This document shows, one piece after another, positions 38,436-49,014 of a DNA stretch of 64,000 nucleotides (within the stretch, counting starts at the first letter, position 1; each line of letters opens with the position of its first letter). The DNA is from Deltaproteobacteria bacterium. Lineage in GTDB: Bacteria > CALINM01. The stretch spans positions 1,500 through 65,499 of the forward strand of contig JBBIPZ010000011.1 of assembly GCA_037442505.1 (NCBI GenBank), in the 5' to 3' direction. The notes below the pieces were generated by a model. That model saw only the letters and a list, made by a program, of their open reading frames with translations, made no database searches and was not told where the DNA came from. Both the position numbers and the translations under genes were made by a program.

Positions 38436-39209
38436 CTAATCTTTGACGTTCATTTCATATAGCAGTTTTAGCCCATAAAGAGTTAGATGTTCGTCCACAA
38501 TTTTTATATGTGACGTTTCTTTAGATATTACTGTTGCAAGACCACCCGTAGCAATAAACTTTAACCCTTTTTCATTCATCTCATACATAATCTTATCACA
38601 GATAGCATCAACCATTCCTGCGTAACCGTAAACTATGCCTGCTTGAATCGCCGCAACGGTGTTTTTGCCAATAATCCTTTCTGGTCTAATCAGTTCTATC
38701 TTTGGTAATTTTGCCGTACGTTCTGACAATGCTTCTAATGATATCTCTATCCCCGGTATTATGACTCCACCTAAATATTCTCCCTTTTTTGACACACAAT
38801 CAAACGTTGTAGCAGTACCAAAATCAACTATAACAAGCGGGTTTTTGTATTTATTATATGCTGCAACTGCATTAACAATTCTATCAGCCCCTACTTCTTT
38901 GGGATTATCGTAAAGTATTGGCATACCAGTCTTTATACCGGGACCAACGAAAAACGCATCCTTGTGAAAGTATTTTTTACTCATCCTCGATAGCGTAATA
39001 GTGAGAGGAGGCACGACATTTGAAATCGCAATACCGGTTATATCTGATACCGCAATCTGTGAATGTTCGATAAAATTATAAAACAGTATTCCAAGCTCGT
39101 CTGCAGTACGATTTTTTTCAGTCCTTACGCGCCAAGAATTTATTATCTTTTCCCCTTTAAAAATACCTGCTGCAATCTGCGTATTACCTACATCAATTAC
39201 GAACAACAT
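38436..39209 (-). CDS. coaX: Type III pantothenate kinase
   Basis: IDVGNT, ISNVVP, GADRIVNA, VDFGTATTFD, IATGG. Confidence 0.96.
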   Translation of the reverse strand: MLFVIDVGNTQIAAGIFKGEKIINSWRVRTEKNRTADELGILFYNFIEHSQIAVSDITGIAISNVVPPLTITLSRMSKKYFHKDAFFVGPGIKTGMPILYDNPKEVGADRIVNAVAAYNKYKNPLVIVDFGTATTFDCVSKKGEYLGGVIIPGIEISLEALSERTAKLPKIELIRPERIIGKNTVAAIQAGIVYGYAGMVDAICDKIMYEMNEKGLKFIATGGLATVISKETSHIKIVDEHLTLYGLKLLYEMNVKD

Positions 39210-39246
39210 ATCTGACTCCTTACAATTTAGTTAGATTATCATTTGC

Positions 39247-39687
39247 TCAAAACTCTTTCCACATTATTAATGCATCTTCTCCTGTATCTTGATAATAATT
39301 TTTTCGTACTCCCTTTATAACAAAACCAAAATGCTTATAAAAATTAATCGCATTATCATTTCTGTGCCTTACCTCAAGTGTAAATTTATTTGCACCCTTT
39401 TTAGCAGCATCTTGAAATAACGTTTCAATGATAAGTCTGCCCACGCCCTTTTTTCTTTGCTCTGAGGCAACTGCAAGATTTAAGATGTGAACTTCCGGAA
39501 CGATAAGCCAGGAAAGAACATATCCAACCACTTTATCAGATTGTTCAGCCACCAAATTTAGGGAAAGAGGAAAAAGAATCTCTTCTTTTATAAGCTGTTT
39601 AGACCACGGAGTAGGAAAAGACATTTTTTCTATTTCTTCAATCTCTTCAATATCTGAAAGCTGTGCGGTTCGAATTGTAATATTCAT
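39247..39687 (-). CDS. rimI: Ribosomal protein S18 alanine N-acetyltransferase
   Basis: SFPTPWS, HILNLAV...RKKGVG, TLEVR..N..A..FY..FGF, RKNYYQDTGEDALIM. Confidence 0.9.
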   Translation of the reverse strand: MNITIRTAQLSDIEEIEEIEKMSFPTPWSKQLIKEEILFPLSLNLVAEQSDKVVGYVLSWLIVPEVHILNLAVASEQRKKGVGRLIIETLFQDAAKKGANKFTLEVRHRNDNAINFYKHFGFVIKGVRKNYYQDTGEDALIMWKEF

Positions 39688-40577
39688 ATTTCACCTTTTA
39701 ATTTTGTAAGCTCTTCCTCTATCATTCTTATCACGATAGCCTTTTCAGATGACCATGAAGGTGCTATAAGCTCTCCCTTGTGTGCATCACCTGTAACTCT
39801 ATGAATAACTATATCAGGAGACAGATGATATAAAAATTTAGCTACTAAAGACACATATCTATCTCGCTCTATAGGCAGAAAATCACCTGAACGGTATAAC
39901 TTTTCAAGCCGACTCCCTTTTGCAACATAAAGCAAATGAATCTTAACACCATTGACTTGAAGATTGTTCAAGTATCGAGCAGTCTCGAAAATCTCATCTT
40001 CGTTCTGTTCAGGAAAACCAATGATAATGTGAGCTACTATGTCAAAAGGATATTGTTTAGCTAATTTAACAGCATTGGTAAAGCTTTCAAGTGTGTGTCC
40101 CCTACCAATCCAATTTAAGGTGTGAGGGTTGATTGTTTGAAGCCCTAACTCCAAAAAAACTTTATGATCTTTGGAAAACTCATTCAAAACATCAAGTTTC
40201 TCCTTATCCACACAATCAGGCCTTGTACCAACAGAAATTCCTACAATATCATCAAACTTTCTTATATTACCCCAAATATCTCTTAGAAAATCTGGTGGAG
40301 CATACGTGTTAGTGTATGACTGGAAATATGCTATAAACGCATCTACATTTCTGTATTTACGCTTAATTCCTTCTATGCCTCTAAATATCTGTTCTTCGAT
40401 ACTCAAGCCTTGCTTTGACAGGCCAGTGCCAGAACCTCTATCGTTACAATAAACACAAGGTGTTCCGTTATCCCTGTTTGGGCAGGAAAGTCCAGCATCA
40501 ATCGTAACTTTATATACTTTCTTGCCGAAAATTTCGAAAAAATAAGATTTTAAATCTCTATAAGGTCTTTTTTTCAT
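39684..40577 (-). CDS. TIGR01212 (YhcC-like) radical SAM protein
   Basis: IDAGLSCPNRD...CVYC, YFQSYTNTY, GTRPDC, ELGLQT, GVKIHLL, IHRVTGD; start taken at MKKRPY. Confidence 0.9.
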   Translation of the reverse strand: MKKRPYRDLKSYFFEIFGKKVYKVTIDAGLSCPNRDNGTPCVYCNDRGSGTGLSKQGLSIEEQIFRGIEGIKRKYRNVDAFIAYFQSYTNTYAPPDFLRDIWGNIRKFDDIVGISVGTRPDCVDKEKLDVLNEFSKDHKVFLELGLQTINPHTLNWIGRGHTLESFTNAVKLAKQYPFDIVAHIIIGFPEQNEDEIFETARYLNNLQVNGVKIHLLYVAKGSRLEKLYRSGDFLPIERDRYVSLVAKFLYHLSPDIVIHRVTGDAHKGELIAPSWSSEKAIVIRMIEEELTKLKGEI

Positions 40578-40671
40578 TTCAAACTTGGTGTTTTTATTAT
40601 AAAATAACATAGTTAGGAAAAACAAGAACCCTTTAAACTACTACAAAAAAATACCTTTTAGGAGGCATATC

Positions 40672-42495
40672 ATTTACGATGTCATTGTGTTAGGTGCAGG
40701 ACATGCAGGCTGTGAAGCTGCAAATGCCGCTGCGACCCTGGGAATGAAAACACTTCTCATAACTATAAATTTAGACAACATTGGACATATGCCATGCGCT
40801 CCAGCTGTCGGCGGTGTGGGAAAAGGTCATTTAGTTAGAGAAGTTGATGCTCTAAACGGCTTAATAGGTTATGTTACTGACCTAACTGCCCTTCAGTACA
40901 AAACTTTAAACACGTCAAAAGGGTTAGCTGTTCATTCAACACGTGCCCAGGTTGATAAACATCTTTACAGGGTAAAGATGAGACAAATTCTGGAAGAAAA
41001 GCAAAATCTATTTATCAGACAGGCGCTTATTACTGACATTATTGTGAAAAATGATGAAGTGATTGGGCTGAAAGATGCCTTTGGTTTTTGTTTTTATGGT
41101 AAAGCTATAATCATCACAGCTGGAACATTCCTTTCTGGTTTAATACACATAGGTGATAAAAAGTTTCCTGCTGGAAGGGCTGGCGAATTCCCTGCCAATG
41201 AGTTAGCTCATAGCATTAAGTCCTTAGGTTTTCAAATGGGACGCTTCAAGACTGGAACAGGACCAAGGCTAAAACGTTCCTCAATTGATTTTTCCAAATT
41301 AGAACTGCGCCCTGGTGATGGAAAGCCACGTTACTTTTCTTACCGTTCCCATAATTTACCATACGTAGAATATCCTTGTTATGTTACTTACACAAACAAA
41401 GATACCCATAATTTGATACTTGATAACTTGGACAAATCAGCTCTATATAGCGGACAGATAAAAGGCACCCCTGTTAGATACTGTCCTTCATTAGAGGATA
41501 AGGTTGTAAAATTCAGAGACAAAGAAAGACATCAGGTTATACTCGAACCTGAAGGTAAAGATACAGATGAAATCTATGTGTCAGGACTTGGCAATAGTAT
41601 GCCTCCTGAAATACAGGAAAGGATTTTTCGTTCACCGAAAGGGCTTGAAAATGCTGTAATTTTAAGACCTGCATATGCCATAGAATACGACTATATTCTA
41701 CCTCATCAGTTAAAACCAACTCTTGAGACAAAGTATATCAAGAACTTATTTTTTGCTGGTCAGGTAAATGGAACAACCGGATACGAAGAGGCAGCAGCAC
41801 AAGGTATAGTCGCTGGAATAAACGCAGCTTTGAAAACTTCTGATAAATCAGAGTTTATCTTAGACAGAAGCGAATCTTATATTGGAGTTATGGTAGATGA
41901 CCTTGTAACAAAAGGAACAGACGAACCATACAGAGTTTTTACTTCCAGGGCGGAGTACCGGCTTTTCCTTCGAGAAGATAATGTCTACTTTAGATTGGCC
42001 GATAAGGCTTTTTCTTCAGGACTTATTCCTAAAGAGCGCTATGATTATATTCAGAAGCTCTATGAGGATGCACTCAAACTAAAAGAAACTCTCAAAGAAT
42101 ACACCATCAAAGATGAAGACAAAAACGAGAGTATTAGTTTAGAAACATATTTAAGACGCAGCAACATCTCTTTAAGACAATTTGAGAAAATATGTAAAGA
42201 ATATGCTCCTGAAGTATTAGATTTTGTTGAGATAGAAACTAAATATAAAGGTTACTTAGATAGGCAAAAAAGAGAGGTGGAAAAACTAAAAAATTTAGAA
42301 GCTATAAAGATACCGTCTGATTTCCAATATAACATACCGGGAATTTCATTAGAACTTCGAGAAAAGTTCGAAAAAATTAAGCCACTAAATTTAGGTCAGG
42401 CTTCTCGTATTCCTGGCTCAACCCCTTCTGCGATAGCTTTACTTATGATTTATCTAAAGAAGGAAAATCAAAACACCACAACTACAAATGCATAA
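40672..42495 (+). CDS. mnmG: tRNA uridine 5-carboxymethylaminomethyl modification enzyme MnmG; likely non-AUG start
   Basis: YDVIVLGAGHAGCEAA, GGVGKG, RYCPSLEDK, AGQVNGTTGYEEAAAQG, EPYRVFTSRAEY. The conserved N-terminus extends upstream of the track's GTG (40687) to ATT at 40672 (or ATC at 40669), after AGGAGG. Confidence 0.95.
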   Translation: MYDVIVLGAGHAGCEAANAAATLGMKTLLITINLDNIGHMPCAPAVGGVGKGHLVREVDALNGLIGYVTDLTALQYKTLNTSKGLAVHSTRAQVDKHLYRVKMRQILEEKQNLFIRQALITDIIVKNDEVIGLKDAFGFCFYGKAIIITAGTFLSGLIHIGDKKFPAGRAGEFPANELAHSIKSLGFQMGRFKTGTGPRLKRSSIDFSKLELRPGDGKPRYFSYRSHNLPYVEYPCYVTYTNKDTHNLILDNLDKSALYSGQIKGTPVRYCPSLEDKVVKFRDKERHQVILEPEGKDTDEIYVSGLGNSMPPEIQERIFRSPKGLENAVILRPAYAIEYDYILPHQLKPTLETKYIKNLFFAGQVNGTTGYEEAAAQGIVAGINAALKTSDKSEFILDRSESYIGVMVDDLVTKGTDEPYRVFTSRAEYRLFLREDNVYFRLADKAFSSGLIPKERYDYIQKLYEDALKLKETLKEYTIKDEDKNESISLETYLRRSNISLRQFEKICKEYAPEVLDFVEIETKYKGYLDRQKREVEKLKNLEAIKIPSDFQYNIPGISLELREKFEKIKPLNLGQASRIPGSTPSAIALLMIYLKKENQNTTTTNA

Positions 42496-42522
42496 TCCAT
42501 AACAACGAATCAGGAGGTTAGA

Positions 42523-43839
42523 ATGATAGAAAGATACACAAGAAAAGAAATGGCAAAAATATGGGAGCCACAAAACAAATTTAAGATCTGGTTGGATATT
42601 GAACTTGCCGCATGTGAAGCTTTTTATAAACTTGGGCTCGTACCAAAGAAATCTCTTGATACCATCAAGAAGAAGGCTAACTTTGACATAAAAAGAATAG
42701 ATGAAATCGAGCTGGTTGTGAAACATGATGTAATTGCGTTTTTAACCTCTGTAGGAGAATTTATCGGTGAAGACTCAAGGTTCCTGCATTACGGTATGAC
42801 ATCCTCAGATGTTTTAGACACTTCACTTGCGGTTCAATTAAAGCAGGCTGGAGAACTTATCATCACAGGAATTGATGCGCTTTTGAATGCCTTAAAAGAT
42901 AAGGCTATGGAATATAAACATACTCCTACTATCGGAAGGTCTCATGGGATTCATGCAGAGCCAACCACATTTGGTTTGAAAATGGCTCTTTTCTATGAGG
43001 CGATGAAAAGAAACAAAATACGCTTTGAGAGGGCTGTCGAAAATATTTCTTATGGCAAGATTTCTGGTGCAGTAGGTAATTTTGCAAATATAAACCCCTT
43101 TGTAGAAAACTACGTCTGCGAAAAACTTGGATTAAAACCTGAACCTGTTTCAACACAGATAATTCAACGTGATAGACATGCGGAATACTTTTTAGCACTT
43201 TCCATGACAGCCACGACAATTGAGCAAATTGCGGTAGAAATAAGACATTTACAGCGTACAGAAGTTAGAGAGGCTGAAGAATTCTTTTCAAAGGGGCAAA
43301 AAGGCTCTTCCGCAATGCCACATAAGAGGAATCCGATTATTTCTGAAAACCTTACAGGACTTGCCAGACTGGTTAGAGGATACGCAATTGCATCATTAGA
43401 AAACATTCCTCTCTGGCATGAAAGAGATATTAGCCATAGTTCAGTAGAAAGAGTTATCGGTCCAGATGCTACAATTCTTGTTGACTTTATGTTATATAGA
43501 ATAACCAACCTCATAAAGAATCTTATCGTGTATCCTGAAAATATGTTAAAAAATCTAAATGCAACAAAAGGACTTATATTTTCTCAGCGCATTCTTCTCA
43601 TGCTTGCAGAAGCTGGTATTAAAAGAGAAAAGGCTTACGAAATTGTTCAAAGAAACGCCATGAAAAGCTGGGAAGATGGAAAAGATTTTAAAACATTGAT
43701 AAAAAACGATAAAGATGTTAAAAAATATCTAAAGCCGTCAGAAATAGAGAGTGCCTTTGATATAGATTATTACTTAAAAAATGTTGACTTTATTTTTGAC
43801 AGGGTTTTTGGCAGAACAACAAAAACAAAAAAAGGGTGA
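42523..43839 (+). CDS. purB: Adenylosuccinate lyase
   Basis: MIERYT, HDVIAF, GRSHGIHAEP, GSSAMPHKRNP, WHERDISHSS. Confidence 0.98.
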   Translation: MIERYTRKEMAKIWEPQNKFKIWLDIELAACEAFYKLGLVPKKSLDTIKKKANFDIKRIDEIELVVKHDVIAFLTSVGEFIGEDSRFLHYGMTSSDVLDTSLAVQLKQAGELIITGIDALLNALKDKAMEYKHTPTIGRSHGIHAEPTTFGLKMALFYEAMKRNKIRFERAVENISYGKISGAVGNFANINPFVENYVCEKLGLKPEPVSTQIIQRDRHAEYFLALSMTATTIEQIAVEIRHLQRTEVREAEEFFSKGQKGSSAMPHKRNPIISENLTGLARLVRGYAIASLENIPLWHERDISHSSVERVIGPDATILVDFMLYRITNLIKNLIVYPENMLKNLNATKGLIFSQRILLMLAEAGIKREKAYEIVQRNAMKSWEDGKDFKTLIKNDKDVKKYLKPSEIESAFDIDYYLKNVDFIFDRVFGRTTKTKKG

Positions 43840-43842
43840 AAT

Positions 43843-46806
43843 ATGGCTTGGAGAGTTGTCATTAGCTTAAAAAAAGGCATCACAGACCCACGAGGAAAAA
43901 GCTTAAAAGATAAAATAGGTAAGTTTCTTAACATAAAAGTCGAGGATATTTCTGTAAATGATGTTTTTACGATAGACTCAAAACTCACAAAAACCGAGGT
44001 TGAGCTGATTGCAAAAGAACCTTTTTGTGACCCTATAATTCAGGAATATAAAATTAATCCCGAACTTCCTGAAGATTTCAAATACTTTTTAGAAGTTGGT
44101 TTTTTACCGGGCGTTACTGACAATGTAGGAAAAACAGCAAAACAGTCAATTGAAACCTTGCTTGGTAAAAAGCTACCTCAAGAAGATAATGTTTACACTT
44201 CACAGCTATACTGCTTTAAAGGTAACATTTCGAAAGAAGATGTACAAAGGATTGCTAACGAGTTACTTTATAATCAACTGATTCAGCAGTATCACATCTA
44301 TTCGACAAAAGATAAACCCTCTATCTTCATACCAAAGGTGAGTATAAAACAAAAACCTCAGGTTGTAACATTCAACCTGTATGAACTTTCTGATGAGGAA
44401 CTTATAAAACTATCAAAAGACAGGCTTCTTGCTTTAAATTTAGAAGAGTTGAAAGCTATTCAATCTTTTTATAGAAAAAAAGATTTTCAGACAAAAAGAA
44501 AGCAGTTAGGGTTAACTGATGAGATTACAGACGTTGAACTGGAAGCTATCGCACAAACGTGGTCAGAACACTGCAAACATAAAATCTTTAACGCAACAAT
44601 TCTGTATGAAGATGAAAACGGCAATAAAGAAATAATAAAAAGTCTTTTCAAGACATACATTAAGGCATCTACAGAAAAAATCCGAAAAAAAAGGAAGGAC
44701 GATTTTCTTGTTTCAGTCTTCGTTGATAATGCTGGAGTTATAACCTTTAATAAAGACTGGAATGTAGTTTTTAAGGTAGAAACACATAACAGCCCTTCTG
44801 CATTAGATCCTTATGGTGGAGCACTCACAGGCATTGTAGGCGTAAACAGAGATGTATTGGGTACAGGTATCGGTGCAAAGTTAATTTTCAATACAGATGT
44901 TTTCTGTTTTGCAAACCCATTTTACCAGGAAAAATTACCACCACGCATTCTACATCCACAACGTATTTATGATGGAGTTGTAACAGGTGTAGAGCATGGT
45001 GGAAATAAAAGTGGGATTCCCACAATTAACGGCAGTATTGTCTTTGACAATCGCTATTTAGGAAAACCTCTTGTTTACTGTGGTACTGGTGGAATTATGC
45101 CTAAGGTAATTAACGGGAAAAAATCCCATGAAAAATTCATAAATGATGGCGATTTAATCGTTATGGTTGGTGGCAGGATTGGCAAAGATGGTATTCATGG
45201 TGCTACATTTTCATCCGAAGAACTACACGAAGGTTCACCGGCTACTGCGGTGCAGATTGGGGACCCAATTACTCAAAAGAAGATGGCCGATTTTCTTTAC
45301 AAAGCAAGAGATCTTGGGCTATATACTGCTATAACTGATAATGGCGCAGGTGGGCTATCTTCTTCCGTTGGTGAAATGTCACAACTGTCTGGTGGTTGTG
45401 AAATAGAACTTGATAAAGCACCACTTAAATACACAGGATTAAATCCATGGGAAATACTTGTATCAGAATCACAGGAAAGGATGACATTAGCTGTTCCCAC
45501 TAAAAATATTAGAAAATTTCTGAAATTATCAGAAAAATACGATGTTGAATCAACAGTTATTGGAAAATTTACAAAGAGCGGCTATTTTCACGTTTTATAT
45601 AATGAAAAAACTGTTGCTTTGTTACCTCTTGACTTTTTACACAATGGTCTGCCTGAGATGAAGTTAACTGCAAAATTTACAAAAAGTAAAGAGCCCAGGC
45701 TTATTTTGCCCAAAATTAAAAATTATGGTCAGATGCTTAAAGATCTACTCTCTTCTCTTAATGTATGCAGTAAAGAATCCGTTGTAAGAAGATACGACCA
45801 TGAAGTTCAGGGCATGAGTGTTATAAAACCTTTTGTCGGACTCAAAAACGATGGTCCTTCTGATGCAGCAGTTATTAAGCCTTTGCCAGAAAGTAACGAA
45901 GGATTGGTAATATCGCACGGTATATGTCCTAAGTTTAGTGATTACGATACCTACAATATGGCTGCATTGGCACTTGATGAAGCGATAAGAAACGCTGCCT
46001 GCACTGGAGCAGATATCGGTAGAATGGCATGTTTAGATAACTTTTGTTGGTGTGATCCCATAAAAAGCGACAAAAACCCTGATGGTGAATATAAACTTGC
46101 TCTGTTAGTTAGAGCAAATAAGGCTCTTTATGATTACACGATTAGCTATGGTGTTCCATGTATTTCTGGGAAAGACTCTATGAAAAACGATTATATCATG
46201 GGAAACCTTAAGATATCTATACCACCTACACTTCTTTTCTCTTTAATTGGTGTAATCGATGACGTAACAAAGACAACAACTATGGATTTCAAAAATGATG
46301 GCGACGTTATTTTTATTGCAGGCATAACCAAAGATGAAATCGCCGGTTCTGAATACTGCAATTTGCTAAATTTAAAAGGTGGAAAGTTGCCGGAAGTCGA
46401 TGCAAAGTTAAACAAAAATATTTATTCTAAAATAGCGAAATGTATACGAAATGGGCTAATTAATGCTGCTCATGACTGCTCTGATGGTGGATTAGCAGTA
46501 GCTATTTCTGAAATGGCATTTTCTGGAGGAAAAGGCTGCATTATCGATTTGTCATCCTTACCCTATATCGGATCAGGCAGAGAAGACTTGATGCTTTTTT
46601 CTGAATCGGCAGGCAGAATTTTATTTACGACGAGTTACTCCAATGCACACAAAATTAAGCAATTATTTAAGGGATTACCTGTAGCACAGATTGGAAAAGT
46701 TGGTTATAGTGAATATGTTGAAATTTATAATGGGAAAAATATCGTTATAAAAGAACGTATTGATGAATTAAAATATTTTTGGCAAAAAATACTCAAGGAA
46801 CTGTAA
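43843..46806 (+). CDS. purL: FGAM synthase synthetase subunit PurL with fused N-terminal PurS-like domains (no glutaminase domain)
   Basis: N-terminal ITDPRG and GFLPGVTDNVG; QTWSEHCKHK; KVETHNSPS; AVQIGDP; DNGAGG; SGKDS; HDCSDGG. Confidence 0.95.
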   Translation: MAWRVVISLKKGITDPRGKSLKDKIGKFLNIKVEDISVNDVFTIDSKLTKTEVELIAKEPFCDPIIQEYKINPELPEDFKYFLEVGFLPGVTDNVGKTAKQSIETLLGKKLPQEDNVYTSQLYCFKGNISKEDVQRIANELLYNQLIQQYHIYSTKDKPSIFIPKVSIKQKPQVVTFNLYELSDEELIKLSKDRLLALNLEELKAIQSFYRKKDFQTKRKQLGLTDEITDVELEAIAQTWSEHCKHKIFNATILYEDENGNKEIIKSLFKTYIKASTEKIRKKRKDDFLVSVFVDNAGVITFNKDWNVVFKVETHNSPSALDPYGGALTGIVGVNRDVLGTGIGAKLIFNTDVFCFANPFYQEKLPPRILHPQRIYDGVVTGVEHGGNKSGIPTINGSIVFDNRYLGKPLVYCGTGGIMPKVINGKKSHEKFINDGDLIVMVGGRIGKDGIHGATFSSEELHEGSPATAVQIGDPITQKKMADFLYKARDLGLYTAITDNGAGGLSSSVGEMSQLSGGCEIELDKAPLKYTGLNPWEILVSESQERMTLAVPTKNIRKFLKLSEKYDVESTVIGKFTKSGYFHVLYNEKTVALLPLDFLHNGLPEMKLTAKFTKSKEPRLILPKIKNYGQMLKDLLSSLNVCSKESVVRRYDHEVQGMSVIKPFVGLKNDGPSDAAVIKPLPESNEGLVISHGICPKFSDYDTYNMAALALDEAIRNAACTGADIGRMACLDNFCWCDPIKSDKNPDGEYKLALLVRANKALYDYTISYGVPCISGKDSMKNDYIMGNLKISIPPTLLFSLIGVIDDVTKTTTMDFKNDGDVIFIAGITKDEIAGSEYCNLLNLKGGKLPEVDAKLNKNIYSKIAKCIRNGLINAAHDCSDGGLAVAISEMAFSGGKGCIIDLSSLPYIGSGREDLMLFSESAGRILFTTSYSNAHKIKQLFKGLPVAQIGKVGYSEYVEIYNGKNIVIKERIDELKYFWQKILKEL

Positions 46807-46807
46807 A

Positions 46808-47605
46808 ATGGCAAACTGTCTTGTTTTAACTGGCTTTGGAATCAACTGTGAGAATGAAACATTAACTGCCTTAAAGCTGGCAGGCGCTAAACATGCAGAG
46901 ATAGTCCATATTTCAGAAATTATTTCAGGAGAAAAAAGATTAAAAAATTACCAATTTATTGTGTTTCCGGGCGGGTTTTTAGATGGCGACGATTTAGGCT
47001 CTGCAAAAGTACAGGTTAACAGATTTAGACACTCACTCATTGACAGGATAAAAAGAAAGCTTTCAGATGAATTGATGGAGTTTGTGGAAAAAGATAAATT
47101 AGTGTTAGGAATCTGTAATGGCTTTCAGTTTATGGTTAAGTTAGGTATTATTCCTATGATAAACAACAATGGTTTTCAACAAACTGCAACATTAACTTTT
47201 AACGACTCTAACAGATTTGAAGATCGCTGGGTTTATCTTAAGGTTAACCAAAATTCACCCTGTATCTTTACGAACGGTATTTCTCAACTTTATTTACCAG
47301 TACGTCATGGTGAGGGTAAGTTTGTAACATCAACAAAAGTTCTATCTGAAATAAATAAACTTAATTTATACTGTTTACAGTACGCTGATGAAGACGGAGA
47401 ACCAACCATGGATTATCCTTTAAACCCTAATGGTTCAATGTTTTCGATTGCCGGAATATCTGATAAAACTGGACGTTTATTTGGTTTAATGCCTCATCCA
47501 GAAGCATTTGTGTTTAAAACAAACCATCCCAACTGGACCAGACAGGAGATTGGCGAGCCTGACGGATTGAAAATTTTTAAAAATGCTATAAACTATTTAA
47601 AGTAG
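46808..47605 (+). CDS. purQ: FGAM synthase glutaminase subunit PurQ
   Basis: GFGINCE, PGGFLDGDD, GICNGFQ, PVRHGEG, NPNGS, LMPHPE. Confidence 0.96.
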   Translation: MANCLVLTGFGINCENETLTALKLAGAKHAEIVHISEIISGEKRLKNYQFIVFPGGFLDGDDLGSAKVQVNRFRHSLIDRIKRKLSDELMEFVEKDKLVLGICNGFQFMVKLGIIPMINNNGFQQTATLTFNDSNRFEDRWVYLKVNQNSPCIFTNGISQLYLPVRHGEGKFVTSTKVLSEINKLNLYCLQYADEDGEPTMDYPLNPNGSMFSIAGISDKTGRLFGLMPHPEAFVFKTNHPNWTRQEIGEPDGLKIFKNAINYLK

Positions 47606-47613
47606 GTGAAAAA

Positions 47614-49014
47614 ATGGGAGAACTTTGTTGGAAAGAAGAGTGTGGAATTTTTGGTATTTATAATAACCGTGAAGCGGCAAATTTAACCTATTTAGGGTTG
47701 TATGCACTCCAGCATAGAGGCCAGGAAAGTGCTGGTATTGCTACTTTCGATGGTAAATGTATGCATTCCCATCGTCATATGGGATTAGTAGCGGATATTT
47801 TTAAACAACATATTATAGAGACACTTAAAGGAAATTCTGCCATTGGCCACGTCAGGTATTCGACAGCTGGTTCAAGTAACGAAAAAAATTGTCAGCCTTT
47901 TTTGATGGAGTATTCTTTAGGTAGTCTTGCCATAGCTCACAATGGTAATTTAATCAATAACATTCCTATAAGAAAAAGGTTAGTCGATTCTGGATCACTA
48001 TTTCAATCAAATTCTGATACAGAAGTAATAATGCATTTAATGGCAAAATCACCTTTACCAACTGCTGAGGATCGGCTCATAGATGCCCTACATCAAATTA
48101 AAGGTGCTTACTGTCTGGTTATACTTTCTGAAAATAAGTTAATCGCTGCAAGAGATCCACATGGCTTTCGCCCACTTGTTTTAGGCAGACTTGGCAATTC
48201 TTATGTCATTGCTTCAGAAACTTGCGCCTTTGACCTTATCGAAGCTGAGTTTATTAGAGAAATAGAGCCGGGTGAAGTCGTTGTTATTGACGATAATGGC
48301 ATAAGAACAATTTTTCCATTTGAAAATAAACCCAAAAAACAATGCATTTTTGAATTTATTTATTTTGCAAGACCTGATAGTCATATATTTGGTGAAAATG
48401 TGTATATGGTCAGGAAAAAACTGGGAGAACTACTTTTTGCTTCAGACAAAACAGATGCAGATATAGTTGTGCCTGTTCCAGACTCTGGCATACCCGCCGC
48501 AATAGGATATGCAAATAAAGCAAAACTCCCTCTCGAACTTGGTTTAATTAGAAACCATTATGTAGGAAGAACTTTTATAGAACCAAAACAATCTATAAGG
48601 CATTTTGGTGTAAAAATTAAACTAAATGTATCTCCAGAAATTCTGAAAAATAAAAGGGTTATTGTGATTGACGATTCGATTGTGAGAGGAACTACAAGTA
48701 GAAAAATTATAAAAATGGTGAGACAGGGTGGCGCGAAGGAAGTTCACTTTCGAATTAGCTCTCCTCCAATAATTTCTCCCTGTTATTATGGGATAGACAC
48801 ACCAACACACAAGGAGTTGATAGCTAACAGTCATACAGTTGAAGAGATTAATCGCTATATCACTTCAGACACATTGTCTTATTTATCAATTGATTGTTTG
48901 AGATCAGCTGTAAAAAATCCAGATGATTTTTGCTACGCATGTTTTACCGCCAGGTACCCAATTGATTTCCCACAGGAAGAGCTTGAACAACTAAAACTAT
49001 TCAGGAGAAGATGA
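47614..49014 (+). CDS. purF: Amidophosphoribosyltransferase (Fe-S type)
   Basis: KEECGIFG, ALQHRGQES, GHVRYST, AHNGN, DDSIVRGTT, CYYGID, CYACF. Confidence 0.98.
   Translation: MGELCWKEECGIFGIYNNREAANLTYLGLYALQHRGQESAGIATFDGKCMHSHRHMGLVADIFKQHIIETLKGNSAIGHVRYSTAGSSNEKNCQPFLMEYSLGSLAIAHNGNLINNIPIRKRLVDSGSLFQSNSDTEVIMHLMAKSPLPTAEDRLIDALHQIKGAYCLVILSENKLIAARDPHGFRPLVLGRLGNSYVIASETCAFDLIEAEFIREIEPGEVVVIDDNGIRTIFPFENKPKKQCIFEFIYFARPDSHIFGENVYMVRKKLGELLFASDKTDADIVVPVPDSGIPAAIGYANKAKLPLELGLIRNHYVGRTFIEPKQSIRHFGVKIKLNVSPEILKNKRVIVIDDSIVRGTTSRKIIKMVRQGGAKEVHFRISSPPIISPCYYGIDTPTHKELIANSHTVEEINRYITSDTLSYLSIDCLRSAVKNPDDFCYACFTARYPIDFPQEELEQLKLFRRR

Noticed and set aside
43837-43845. purB TGA in frame with the purL ATG (TGA-AAT-ATG), suggesting Sec or readthrough fusion
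   Set aside because: In-frame spacing arises one time in three by chance, no SECIS-like hairpin follows the TGA, and both proteins are complete on their own.
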